A stretch of 64,000 nucleotides of DNA from Mobula hypostoma. Lineage: Eukaryota. Positions 36,665 through 49,583 of the stretch are shown here, piece after piece; positions within the stretch are counted from its first letter, which is position 1, and the number at the start of each line of letters is the position of its first letter. The notes beneath the pieces were generated by a model. That model saw only the letters and a program-made list of their open reading frames with translations. It did not search any database and was not told the DNA's origin. The stretch spans positions 25,668,001 through 25,732,000 of the forward strand of contig NC_086129.1 of the NCBI RefSeq assembly GCF_963921235.1, given 5' to 3'. A program made the position numbers and the translations under genes.

Positions 36665-39600
36665 CTGTATTTGTCAAAATGGAGCGGAGAGTGAGTTTGT
36701 AAACCTGGCGAGAGCAAAGGATGTTGGGAATGGAGAGGGTGGAGTGCCACAGGAGGTGTGTGGAACACGTGGCAGAGAAAAAATGAGAGGGGCAGAGGGT
36801 GGCATGAGGGCGGCATGAGGGCAGACACCAGGCAAGGTCATTTGATTCCAAACAATTGAATTATTGATCATTACAGAATGTCTCTCTGGTGCTTCCTGCT
36901 CCCTCTCCTCTCCCTTCCCCTTCCCACTCTCAGTCCACAATGGAGACCCATATCAGAATCAGGTTTATCATCACATATTATTATATATATTATATACACA
37001 CATATATACATACACACACCTAAGAATATCTACCATTACCAAAAGGACAGCAACAAATCAAAAGGTACTTTCACAAGGGCAATTAGGGACAGGCAATAAA
37101 TGTTGGCCGTGATAGTGATGCCCTTAAATAAAACAAATACACGATTCTGTGACTAGGTTCTTGGCACTGAATCGGTGGGACATGGGCTCAAGTCCCACTG
37201 CTGACCAGCCATGATTCAGACTGAGTGAAGTCTTGTGGGTCAGCCCCACTGAACACCACTTTTTAAATGCAAACTAACTTTTTCTGCTGCACCATTCTGA
37301 GCTTCATGGGTGTGTCTGGGGCCTCGCTCACCTGAGCTGATGTACGTGCTGTGAACGGTGCAGAGACTACAAGCCTCAAGGAGATGATCCCTGACCCACT
37401 CCACTGTTAACGTGGTTCGTACGGTTTGCCTTGTTAAGAATTAAAAACATCTGCAGATGCTGGAAATCTAAAGCAAAAGCAGAAAAAGCTGGAAACATCC
37501 CACAGGTCAGTTAAGTTCTTAACATTTCAAGTCAGACTCTTCCCTTTTCCACCTGTCACAGCGTCTGTTCTCTTCATGACTCCCTGGTCCACTTTTTCAT
37601 CCCTACCAGCCATGCCCTTTCTTAAGGCACTTTCCCTCGTAACTACAAGCAAAGCAACACTTGCCATTACATATTGCTCCTTCCTACCACCCTGAGACCC
37701 AAACTAACTTTCTAGGTGAAGCAGTGATTAATTTCCACTTCTTCCAATTCAGTGTTCACAATGTGGTCCCCTCCACACTGGAGAAACCTGATGCAGATCG
37801 GGTGAAAGCCTTCTCAGCTGTGTAGATTCCAGCAATGGAATAGACTGGCAGATGTCTAGAAGCTGAAAGGAACCACTCACATGAGTCAGTGAGATTCAGC
37901 TGATAATTTTTCTACTGATCCATTGCACAGCGATGTTCAATAATTCTGCAAATCAGCTACCCTGACAATGTCATTCAATAATTACTGGCTATAAACTATA
38001 ATGAGAAAACAAAGAGGGCAATAAATTACCAGGCTAAAATGTCTTTATAAAAAGATCAATTTTTCATATCTATAAATTGCTTGGGGAAGTGACCTCCTTA
38101 ACAACCTGCCAGTGTTACACTTTGGCATGAGGATAACTGGGCTGCTGGATAAGGGTGAAGAGATGATGAAGCCAAGGATTTGTAGCTGCCTTTTGTTTGT
38201 CACAAACCCATTGACTCTGCTTTTGGTACATTGTTGGGGCTGGGATGCTTGATGCCATCAATCCTGCTTTGAGCACTTCCAATAAAAATTATCTTAATCA
38301 AATCTTACAGTCAGAGCACTAGGTTGAAGGTCATGTCTTCTATGCTTGTCACGTACAATATGTCGACCATATGGTCTCCAGATTTTCCATTGAGAGATCA
38401 CTAATCAAAAATATATTAGGCTAACTCCCGATTAGGTACATACAATTACCCACAATACCCTCTGGTTATTGGGAGATTATGATTGTGACCCCTGACCCCT
38501 GAAGACTCCCCTGCGTCCTGTTCTTGCTGACAACTACAAAGTCCTAGCAACCGCTTTGGTCCCCTAACCAAATTATCCAATCAGCACAATTTTAAATCAT
38601 TTAGGGCTCAGCAGAGCTGGAGGACGCAAGGACTGACTATTGTAGAGGCGACGTATTGTTGGTTTGATGTATTATCACATCTGGAGGTTCCGACTGCAGG
38701 CACTGGGACTGCCGTAGTTTAAAAGCAAATCAAGGAGCCAAGATAGAGTAGCACTGATACTACATTGAGACCCCAAGGCAGGCTGGCGTGAGGTAGTTTG
38801 AAAGAAAGGTCATGTGTGAATATATGTTCAGAACAATATGTGCCTTTGTCCCAGCAACAGGGCTTCATTAGAAGGGACATCGTGGCAGATGGCCCCTGTG
38901 CCTCCTGGGAGTTGGCATGCTTCACAGTATGTGATAGAAGATAAACTCTTAACTATCACCACCTCTAAACTCCCCCCTCCCCCTGTCCTACTATAACACC
39001 CCACACCTCCCCCATCCCCAGGGAAAAGAACTTTTAATTAACTGGACCCGCATCAATAAAGGCTCAAACATACAGTAGCATTCCAGCAGAAGACAATAAA
39101 CAGAGTTTGAGGCAATGCACAATGCTTCCAAACAAAAGGCACACGCTTCATGTGGGGCCTTGCATCTGTCCATTCCCTTCCACCCAACACTGCACTCACT
39201 CACTCCTTGTACTCCCTGGTCACTGAACATCAAAGGCATTATCAATAATGAGAATCGAGCCTGTGAGACCAGGGCTAACTGGACAGAACACCTCAGACTG
39301 CCTGAGGGATTTTCAGCGAGACACAGACCATAGATCCTGAGCCACAAATCTCAGAACAAGGCCACATATTCTGCGTGACACTCTCTGCTTCTGGTGTCTT
39401 CATTCTCTCTTGTTCAATAAATAACCCAGCAACTATGTCTTACATAGCAAAACCATCAAGGGAAATTATCTGCTGCACTATTTCCTGTACACTTTTAATT
39501 CTAACAAAGGGGTCACTGATAGTTTAGGAGATAATTGAAATAGTAGGGAATGGTTAAATTGAATTCAACTCAAGGTAAAATAAGGAATACAAAGCTCTTT

Positions 39601-40169
39601 TTGTTTGCAGTTAAATAAATGAATTAATGATATGCTTACAACTTCACTACAAATTCAGGAAACTTCCTTCAGAGACAATTGAGACAATGGAGAGATATGA
39701 CTACAATGAAATATGTTTTGAATTTTTCCATCTTCTACCAAAAACATAATTGATTTAATTTCTCTGAAAAATAATTAGCCATATATTGCAGTCCATGCAT
39801 GAAGGGACACTCTAGGTATCATACAGATTCTACTGCAAGGAATCTAACTTTCTATCAAAGAGGAACTATGACCTACATACAAGATATTTAGACCTGGCAC
39901 ATTCCAGAATAGCTAAAGGCTTATTTTAATTGTTTCAATTGTTCTCACAGCTAGGAACAGGCACCAGAGAGCTGCGAGAGTGCTGGAGAGAAGCAGGTGC
40001 CATTGAGAGTTTGGAAGGCAAAAATTGTCTTTAGGGCTACTAAGCAGTGGCGGCAATGTAGAAACTGTAAATCAGAAAATTAAGGCTTATGTAACGGGCA
40101 TTGCAATCACGATGCTTTCATCGAGATTGGACAAACCATAAATGATAGATTTATGGAGTGTATAAGCAA

Positions 40170-43100
40170 TTGTTTTCTAGCAACAGGTTATTTTACATCT
40201 AGTATTGTCTAATGAGAAAGAGTTAATTGGGATCTATTAGCAAAGGGGCCTTTAGGGAACAATGATCATAATGTGATAGGATTTTATATAAAATTGAAAG
40301 TCGATTCAGTAAATAAATGTAATTGTGTATTAAGCTTAATATGAAGGCACAAGGTATGAATTGGCAATGGTACATTTTGAAATTAACTTTAAATGTATGG
40401 CAATAAAATAAGAACAGCTAAAAATTAAATAATTTATGCATAATTTACAAGTAAATTATATGCCTTTAAGGCAAAAAATACTCAAACAGAAAAAAATGGA
40501 CCTGTTTATGTGAGGGAAATTAAAGCTAATCAAAATGCAAAATGGAAATTACAGGTGCAGATACTGTAAAATAAAACTAGTAGATGTTGGAGATACTCAA
40601 CAGGTCCTGCAGTGTCTGTGGAGAGAGAAGCAGAATTAATGTTTCAGCTGGATGACTTTTGAAAGATCATTGACCTGAAATGTTAATTATGTTTCTCTTT
40701 TGACAAATGCTGCCAGATCTGCTGAGTGTCTGTAGAATTTTCTGCTTTTATTTAAGTTAAGCTTAGCATTAAATCAAAGGAAAATGCTTCTAACCGAGCC
40801 AAAAAGCAATAAGTCTGATGAATGGAAAAATTTCAGAACTCAGCAAACGACCAAGGTGCTGATAAGCAAAAGAAAAGTAGATTCTTAGAGTAAGCTGGTG
40901 ATAAGCATTAAAACAGGCTGTAAGAGTTTCAATACATTATATAAAAGAAAAAGATTAGCAAAGTATGAGCTTCTTATAGGTTGAGAGTGAAAAAAAATAT
41001 CTTTTGCAATAAGGTAATGGCAGGTTACTTAAATAAACATTTTATATTAGACTTCGCAAAAGGAGATACTAGAAACCCCATGAAAACAATGGCAGACTGC
41101 AATTAATGGGGTTGTTATTCTTCAGTGAGTGTAACAGGGTCATCTGAGCACTTACTGAATTCCCATGTCTGTGGAATTCTCTGCCCAGGGAAGCAGTGCA
41201 AGGTTTCTCAATAAATATATTTAAGAACAGTGAGATAGATTTTTGCACTGCAAGAGGATTAAGGATTATGGGGAGAAAGCAGGTAGGTGGAGCTGAATCC
41301 ACGGCCAGATCAGCCATGATCTTACTCAATGGCTGACTCCTGCTCTTGTTTTCTTATGTTCTAATGAAAGGCAATAAGTCCCCAGGTTGATGACCTGCAT
41401 CCTGAGACTCTGATGGAGATGACATTCGAGATAATGAATGTGTTGGCTGCCACCTTCCAAAATTCCAAACATGATAGAATGGTTTCCACAGATTAGAAAG
41501 TGTCAAATGTCACTCCCACTATTTAAGAAAGGAATGAGAAATTAGGAGGCTGCATACCGGTTAGACAGACATTGTAGAGATTGTGTTGGAATCCTTAAAT
41601 TAAATGCGGTTACAGGACATTTTCTGAAATTTAATAATAGACTGGGTAGAGTCATTATGGATTTATGAAAGGGAAATTATGTTTGACAAATCCATTGGTT
41701 TTTTGAGATTGTAGCTATTAAAAGAAAAATAAATGATACATGAGAGATTATTCAACAAAGTTACACCAAATATTGTTGGGGAGTGAAATATTGTGGAGGA
41801 TTCAGAATTGGCAACTGACTAGATGTAAGTGGGTTACCATCAGGTTGGGAGGCTGGAGTTCAAGATGATGCTGAACTGCGCTCTCTGTAGATTTCATGGC
41901 TCAGATTTAGTTAGTTTTTAGGGCTTTTTTAGGTTCATAGGGATGGCTTGGGAGACAGAGAGCAGAGTTAGGGGTCAGATTAGAGTTTAGTGACAGGAAT
42001 GTGGGAGAATTGGAGGTCTAAGGCTAAGTTAGCCTTCACTTCACATTCTTAGGCCAGCACCATGGGCTGACGGCAGTTTGAGGTCTACTTCTTCAGGGTC
42101 CCCTCATTGGCAAGTCTGGCGTTCAAGGCCTGGAATTCAGGCCCTCATCAAGGGTCCTCGTTTGTCATCTGTGATTCCTGGGTCAATTTCAACGACCAAA
42201 GCCCAAAGGTCGATCAGAGGTCCAGATCGAAGCCCGAAGGCCAGTCTGAGGTCTGGATTGATATATATAACAATATATATTAATGACTTGGATGAGGGAA
42301 TTAAATGCAGCATCTCCAAGTTTGCGGATGACACGAAGCTGGGTGGCAGTGTTAGCAGTGAGGAGGATGCTAAGAGGATGCAGGGTGACTTGGATAGGTT
42401 GGGTGAGTGGGCAAATTCATGGCAGATGCAATTTAATGTGGATAAATGTGAAGTTATCCACTTTGGTGGCAAAAATAGGAAAACAGATTATTATCTGAAT
42501 GGTGGCCGATTAGGAAAAGGGGAGGTGCAACGAGACCTGGGTGTCATTATACACCAGTCATCGAACGTGGGCATGCAGGTACAGCAGGCGGTGAAAAAGG
42601 CAAATGGTATGCTGGCATTTATAGCGAGAGGATTCGAGTACAGGAGCAGGGAGGTACTACTGCAGTTGTACAAGGCCTTGGTGAGACCACACCTGGAGTA
42701 TTGTGTGCAGTTTTGGTCCCCTAATCTGAGGAAAGACATCTTTGCCATAGAGGGAGTACAAAGAAGGTTCACCAGATTGATTCCTGGGATGGCAGGACTT
42801 TCATATGAAGAAAGACTGGATGAACTGGGCTTGTACTCGTTGGAATTTAGAAGATTGAGGGGGGATCTGATTGAAACGTATAAGATCCTAAAGGGATTGG
42901 ACAGGCTAGATGCAGGAAGATTGTTCCCGATGTTGGGGAAGTCCAGAACAAGGGGCCACAGTTTGAGGATAGAGGGGAAGCCTTTTAGGACCGAGATTAG
43001 GAAAAACTTCTTCACACAGAGAGTGGTGAATCTGTGGAATTCTCTGCCACAGGAAACTGTTGAGGCCAATTCATTGGCTGTATTTAAGAGGGAGTTAGAT

Positions 43101-44600
43101 ATGGCCCTTGTGGCTACGGGGGTCAGGGGGTATGGAGGGAAGGCTGGGGCGGGGTTCTGAGTTGGATGATCAGCCATGAACATAATAAATGGCGATGCAG
43201 GCTTGAAGGGCCGAATGGCCTACTCCTGCACCTATTTTCTATGTTTCTATGTTTCTAAGCCTGAAAGCCAAGCGGAGGTCCAGTCGAGGCCCAGTGGCCA
43301 GACCCTGAGATTGTGAATCCCTGTGAGTCCACAGGGGAAGTCAGGGCTCACTATCAGTGAATTCATCAGTCCACAGGAGGCTGGAAACTCAAGACAGTCT
43401 GTCCAGGGGTTAGGGGACTGTTTATGTGCATGGGTAGGTGGGTGATAGGGATGCAGAATGGGGCTCATCTTCTTTTTGTTGCTTAGCTGCTTGTTGTGTC
43501 CTGTTTTGTTTGTTCTGTGTCATTCTGCTGAGTATATGGTCAGTATGCTATGCTGATGCCTTAATGGGCAGCAATACCCCTAACACATTTCACTGTATGT
43601 TTTGATGTACATACAATAAATAAATTTGAATCTGAATCTAACTAGTGGGTCTACAGGATTCAATGTAGGGGTCCCAGCTGTTTACAATCCAAGTCACTGA
43701 TTTGAATGTAGGAATAATGTGTAATATATCCAAGTTTGCTGGTGATTAAAAACAAAGGTGACAATATGGACTTGAGGAGAATGCAGAAAGGTTTCAGGAT
43801 GGTACAGAGAGACTAGGTGAAGGGGCAAGGATATGGCAGTCAGGACAGAATGTGGATAAACGTGAGGTCATCCACTTTTGCATGAAAATATAGAGTTTTT
43901 ATTGAGAAGATTTTTATTAAAATGAGAGATTGAAAGCTGTTGAATTCAGAGGTGCCAGAGTATCCTTGCACACAAATTATTGAAAGGAAATGTGCAGGGG
44001 CAGTGAGCAAAGATTGCCTTTATTGCTAAAGGATTTAAATAAAAGAGCAGACATGCCTCACTTCAGTTGTAACAGGGTCCTGGTAAGACTGCATCCGGAA
44101 TATTGCATACAGGTCTGACTTCCTGATTTAAGGAAAAATGTGCTTGCAATAAAGGATGTGCAGCAAGCATTCTCCAGATTTATTCCTGGGACGGATGTTT
44201 TGTCATATGATAAGAGATTAAATAGATTAGGTGTCTACTGTTGAGTTCACAAGAATGACAGGAGATCTCATCTCATTAAAATGTACAAGATTCTTGTGGT
44301 GCCTGGCACAGTAGTGCATTGAAGATGCTGATGATGGCTGGAGTCACAATCTCAAAATAAAGACAGTGATAGGAAGAAATTATTTTGCCGGGAAGTTAAT
44401 GAATCAAGTGAGTTCACTACCTAAGAGGGCTATGAAGGCTGCATTGATGAGTAAATCCAAGACAACAATCAGAAGAGAAATAGAGATTCAAGGTTCGTAT
44501 AGGAAAGTGGTGCTGATGTAAAAAGATCAGCCATGATCTTACTAAATGGCAGAACACGTGTAAGGGGCTGACTTGGCTACTCTTGCTGCGGTTTTGTTAA
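40170..44600 (+). mobile_element. Old CR1 LINE carrying several nested insertions
   Basis: Decayed CR1 ORF2 motifs (aagtccccagg, catTatggatttatgaaagggaaattatgtttgacaaat, tccaagtttgctggtgat). Broken at about 41855 and resumes at about 43640. Confidence 0.7.
42270..43257 (+). mobile_element. Young 5'-truncated CR1 LINE with an uninterrupted RT C-terminal frame
   Basis: IYINDLDEGIKCSISKFADDTKLGG...RPHLEYCVQFWSP...FFTQRVVNLWNSLP open to the stop at 43160; (tttctatg)n tail. Confidence 0.95.
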
Positions 44601-45171
44601 GTGATAAGGCCAGAACAGGAGTCCATTTTTATCACGTTAGGTTATTCTTGGCAAGTCATGTACAGCTGTGCTTAAATCCTTGACAAGCACAGCATCACAT
44701 GAATCCTGGACTCATTAGATTAATCCCGGGTTAGAGTAGTACCTCCCAAAGTATGAGTATGTATTGCTTTATTGCCTGTAGTGGAGAACTTGTGTATTTG
44801 TGTTGCAGGCACATTCCCCACCTCTGCAGCCCACCCCACCCCCCCAGCTATTGTCTTTAGTACATAGAAAGCTTAAGATAAGAACCACTTAGCTTGAAAT
44901 CTTAAAGGGTGATAGATACTTGAAGCCAACCCTACAAGTGTATACATTATACACTGTTATCAACAACCTGCTTAGCTGCCCTTCATTTATTAGAACAAGT
45001 ACTTGCCTTCAGTCAGATGCATCAGTCACAGGAACTAGGAATTTCAAGTGCAGCGAAAAGTAGACCTATCCAGTAAAGATAGCAATTTCTGTGATTCCCA
45101 TACCCGAAGTTTACATTCCTAATTCTTATTACCACTGAGGTCCCTACAAACCAGATGTAAAGAAGACATCT

Positions 45172-45302
45172 GTCTTGATGAAGGGTCTTGGCCCGAAACG
45201 TCGACTGTACTCTTTTCCATCAATGCTGCCTGGCCTGCTGAGTTCCTCCAGCATTTGGTGTGTGGTGCTCAGGTTTCCAGCATCTGCAGATTTTTGCTTG
45301 TT
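45172..45302 (+). mobile_element. Penelope-like fragment with hammerhead motif (C3>U variant)
   Basis: gtc ttgatga a gggtcttggccc gaaac gtc gac, then atgctgcctggcctgctgagttcctccagc. Confidence 0.7.
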
Positions 45303-46429
45303 TCTGCCAAGTTCCTCCATCGTTTCGTGTGTTATGATTTGAAATTACCTATTTAATACCATTACTTAAAGTTATGAATAATCCCCAAATACAACAAGGC
45401 AAGCTAAAATAACAAAAAATTAGTGACCTCCAAATTTAATGTTTTTGTTTCTTATCCAAGGTGTATGGAAAATGCTTGGCTAAAAGATAATCTGGGGGCA
45501 ATAGGCCTCAAAAGTAATTGAGAACAGTAATTTATCATAGGTCACTTACAGTAAACACAATTCTGTATGTAATGAATACTGAAGTTAATGAAAACAAGCT
45601 TCAGAAGAGAATATGCAGCTGCTATTGTATTGCATGCTTAGCACAAGAAATCAAGGATGAATATATACCAATAAATTGAGAACAAGACTGCAGTTGTAGT
45701 CAATGGCAGAATACACCTAGATTTCTGCCTCTCTCAGCACATACTACCCACTGTCTTCATATCTATTTTCTAATGAGAATGCTGAATTCATTTAGGCATC
45801 TCTACTGTGGCATTACTCTCCTTCAAAGCCCAAGTAAGAGGTAGAGCTGGTAAGGTGGGATCAAGTTGGGGAGTGAAATACAACTGTTAGGGCCTGTGCT
45901 TGAGGAAAGACGTGATGAAGGAGAGTTTCCATTTATCTGAATATTGGTTTCTAGTTGTTTCCCTCCCCTCCCCCTGAATTCATCAGTACATGTCAGGTTT
46001 GAGACAGCCCTTTATTACCTCACCTGAATGGCCACTTCAATGGACAACAAATGACCATTCATTTGTAGTTTAATCCTGCTCCGGCCTGACTGTCACATAG
46101 AGTTATTTTTATAGGAATTACTGAAGAAACCCACATGCAGAGAAGATACAGCACAGAAACAAGCCACTTCAAGCCTCCCTCTGTGTAATCTCTCCTGTTC
46201 TTCATGTTCTCATTTTTCATGCACTTCACACAGAACTGGAGGCTAACGGTGCTGTGCAATCCAACAAGTTCCTGACCTCCAAGTCTGCACATAGCAGTGC
46301 AGAAATACAGCATGTGCAAGTGGACTGATGCCAGTACTCCCACTCCAATGTCTTCTGTATTTCATTTAAATACATAACTTGTTACTCAGCTAAATAGTAG
46401 TTTGTCTTTTTTTTAAAAAAATACCATTT

Positions 46430-46526
46430 TAACTGTACCATGAAACTTTGGTTAATTGGGGTAGCCGCTTAGTTGGGCCAAACTGTATTGGTCCCGATGT
46501 GTCCCAATTAACCGGAATCCACTGTA
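46430..46526. mobile_element. Tc1/Tigger-type MITE end
   Basis: Repeated ttaattggg / cccaattaa motifs ending in ggaatccactgTA. Confidence 0.5.
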
Positions 46527-48299
46527 CTTGATTTCAAAATTAATTAGTTAATAGAGGTATGGGAATAGATCAGTTGACTATTTTCAGATGGGACAGCTAT
46601 TACTACATCTTGGAGATATGCCAATTATCCACTCAAAAGCAAGCAGACTTGCAAGACTGATTACCACTTAGGAGAGACATTCAAACATAATTGAATAATT
46701 TGGAATAGATGAAATCCTGCAGGTTTCATCAGTGTGGATCAGAATTCAAAACATGCTTTAACTGAAGGGAGAGGCACCAGCTTGTAGTTTTCAATTGCTT
46801 TTTCAGGGACAGCTTCAAATCTTTTTCAGCTCACATCTAATGTCAGAACTCATCCCAAACTTTCAGTCCTATCTCTCTACAGTGCCCTTTGCCCTGATTC
46901 TTTTTTGTTCCATCTCCTTGTGATTCACTATAAATAGGTTGTTGAGAGCTTGCTTTCTGTTGTGATATACAGCTTGTTTTCCTTACAAGCAGCAGTTCCT
47001 CTCTAATTACACAGTCAATCCATCCGCAGCAACCACAAATGATATTTTTCAGAGCTCTCCTCATTTCCATTTCTCTTCCCAAATCTTTTTTCCCCACTCG
47101 CTGTTCTTCCTCAATTTGAACTCTTCAGTTTCTCCATCCATCTCTCTCTCATCCTGCTCATTCCACACACATCTCTTTATATTTCCTGCAGTCCCGCAGT
47201 CCTCTTATCCCCCTCCTTATATCTTTCTCTTTTATCCTGTCACTCCCCATCCAATGTCTTTACTCTGCCCATGCACTTAATGACTGTGGTTGACTATGCA
47301 TCCAACAACATGGTTCTTCCAGCTTTTTGGTATTACACTGTGTCACTCCTTGCCATTGTCGCTCCTGAGTGCTGAAGGAAATATAGATGAAGTCCACCTT
47401 CCATGAGTATGGAGTCGGGGGGGGGGGGAAACTGTGGCCGTGATCATCATCATCATCAGCAGCAGCCTGGAATGATCCCAGGCTGCAAGGCTGAGCACAA
47501 CCATGACCTTAATCTCTCTGGGCAAAACTATCAAAGCAGACACTCCATTTGTGGTTGTAGATCTCAGTATCAGCAATGGTCACTTTAAGCACCCATATTT
47601 CAAGGGAAATCTATATTCCAGGAGCCAACACAAACTAGTGCTATTCAAAACAGTGAGTTTAAAGAGTTCACTGCAAACAAAGTCTACAAGCTGCACAACA
47701 GTTGGAGCTAGCTTGGGGAATATACTGTAACAACACTGAAGAAATGCTGGGGACAGCACGACCCACTTAAAAGGTTTCCTGAAGAGGGGTGAAGCATTGA
47801 AAAAGTCAGCCCAATCTTCAGTTTCAAAGCATGATTTGCCTCAGACTTGTGTGAATGAATTTGTTACCATGGCCAAATTTACACTGTGGTCTGTAGAGGA
47901 GTTTATTTTTCATTTTAAGTCAACAAATGTCACCAAGCTACCATCAGTACCCAGGGGCTTAAAATCTTATAAAGTCAAAGGGCTCACCAGCTTGACGGCT
48001 GTGAAGTCATTGTTGATATCTTTCAGCCAGTTTTTCAGTCCCTCTATCACAGCACAATATAGCCTAGCAACATCAGATCAGAACAAATCAATTCATCTGG
48101 ACCGCAACAGTCCCCCTCTTATTTGTGCAATAGTCCCTCTCCTATACACCAGTGATAAACACAGCCTTATCACATGACTCAAAATTACATGATACAAGAT
48201 GTTTTAGAAAACAGTAATGATTCTATGTGATGCATTTTTTCCTACTTAGGTCCAGATGTACTGAGTATGGCAGGTGTACGTTGAATCAGTCTGCTAGGG

Positions 48300-49084
48300 C
48301 AGTGGTCCCCAACCACCGGGCCGCAAAGCATGTGCTACCGGGCTGTGAGGAAACAATACAAGTCAGCTGTACCTTTCCTCATTCCCTGTCATGCACTGTT
48401 GAACTTGGACATAGAGTTGCCAACTGTCCTGTATTTGCCGGGACATCTCGTATATTGGGCTAAATTGGTTTGTCCCATACAGGACCACCCTTGTCCCGTA
48501 TTTGCCCCGCTAAGGTAGAGCGTTCCTATGAAACCTTTCATGCTGAAATGGAGTGAAGCAAAGAAGCAATTACCATAAATTTATATGGGAAAATTTTTGA
48601 GCGTTCCCAGACCCAAAAAATAACCTAACAAATCATACCAAATAACACATAAAACCAAAAATAAATAACACTAACATATAGTAAAAGCAGGAAGGATATG
48701 ATAAATACACAGCCTATATAAAGTAGAAATAATGTATGTACAGTATAGTCGGGAAGATGAAGGCAAGAGCGATTTGTGGGGGGGAGGAAATCGGCACTTA
48801 CGCGCATGCGCATATCACATGCGCACGTCATGCATGCGCACACGGGTGTCCGCGCAAGGCTTCATGGTCGTGGTAGTCTTTCCTGGGGTAAAGTGTCCCA
48901 GGATTTGACTGCTACTTTTGTCCCTTATTTGGGAATGAGGAAGTTGGCAACCCGAACTGTAAAAGACATGTTGAGGTGAGTTTAACCCTACTTGAACACC
49001 CCCACCCCTCCCCGGTCGGCTAGTCCGCAAGAATATTGTCAATATTAAACCGGTCCGTGGTGCAAAAAAGGTTGGGGACCCCTG
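48300..49084. mobile_element. hAT (Charlie-type) non-autonomous composite element
   Basis: TIRs cagtggtccccaacc / ggttggggacccctg; perfect 8-bp TSD tgctaggg (48292-48299 and 49085-49092). Confidence 0.92.
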
Positions 49085-49149
49085 TGCTAGGGGAAGCCAC
49101 CAGTCATTTATTCCATTCCACTCATGGAAGGAGGAATAGGACTCCTTGA

Positions 49150-49583
49150 ATATTGTCAGAGGAAAGCAGCATCTGTCAGAGATCCCCACCACCCAGGCCA
49201 TGCTCTTTTTTCACTGCTGCCATCAGGTAGAAGGTACGAGAGCCTCAGGCCCACCAGGTTCAAGAACAGTTACTACCCCACAATCATCAGGCTCTTGAAC
49301 AAAAAGGGATAACTACATTCATCTATTGAGATGTCCCACAACCAATGATCTCACTTCAAGGACTCTCTACCTTGTTATTTCATGTTCTCATTATTTATTG
49401 CTATTTATTTATATTTGCATTTGCACAGTTTGCTGTCCTCTGCACTCTGGTTGACCTTTCATTGATCCTATTATAGTTACTACTCTATAGATTTGCGGAG
49501 TATGCCCATAGGAAAATGAATCTCGGGGTTATACTGTATATGGTGACAAAAATGTACTTTGACAATGAAATTTACTTTGAACT
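49150..49583 (+). mobile_element. Rex1/Babar-type LINE 3' fragment
   Basis: KAASVRDPHHPGHALFSLLPSGRRYESLR...FKNSYYPTIIRLLN. Confidence 0.88.

Noticed and set aside
42078-43160. 360-aa ORF as a host or novel gene
   Set aside because: It is a 5'-truncated CR1 ORF2. The first 64 or so residues are chance read-through from the flanking element, starting at TTG.
42491-43183. 230-aa antisense ORF
   Set aside because: Shadow frame of the CR1 coding strand.
20815-46040. Recursive splice sites (YAG|GT), e.g. ttttcag|gtgaaa near 20826 and attcag|gtgagg near 46024
   Set aside because: Human ROBO2 has such a site, but these candidates have poor pyrimidine tracts or weak donors. A splice-site scoring scan is needed.
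47403-47588. ORF with Gly/His/Gln runs resembling a transcription factor
   Set aside because: Arises from poly-G, (cat)n and (cag)n microsatellites; no exon context.
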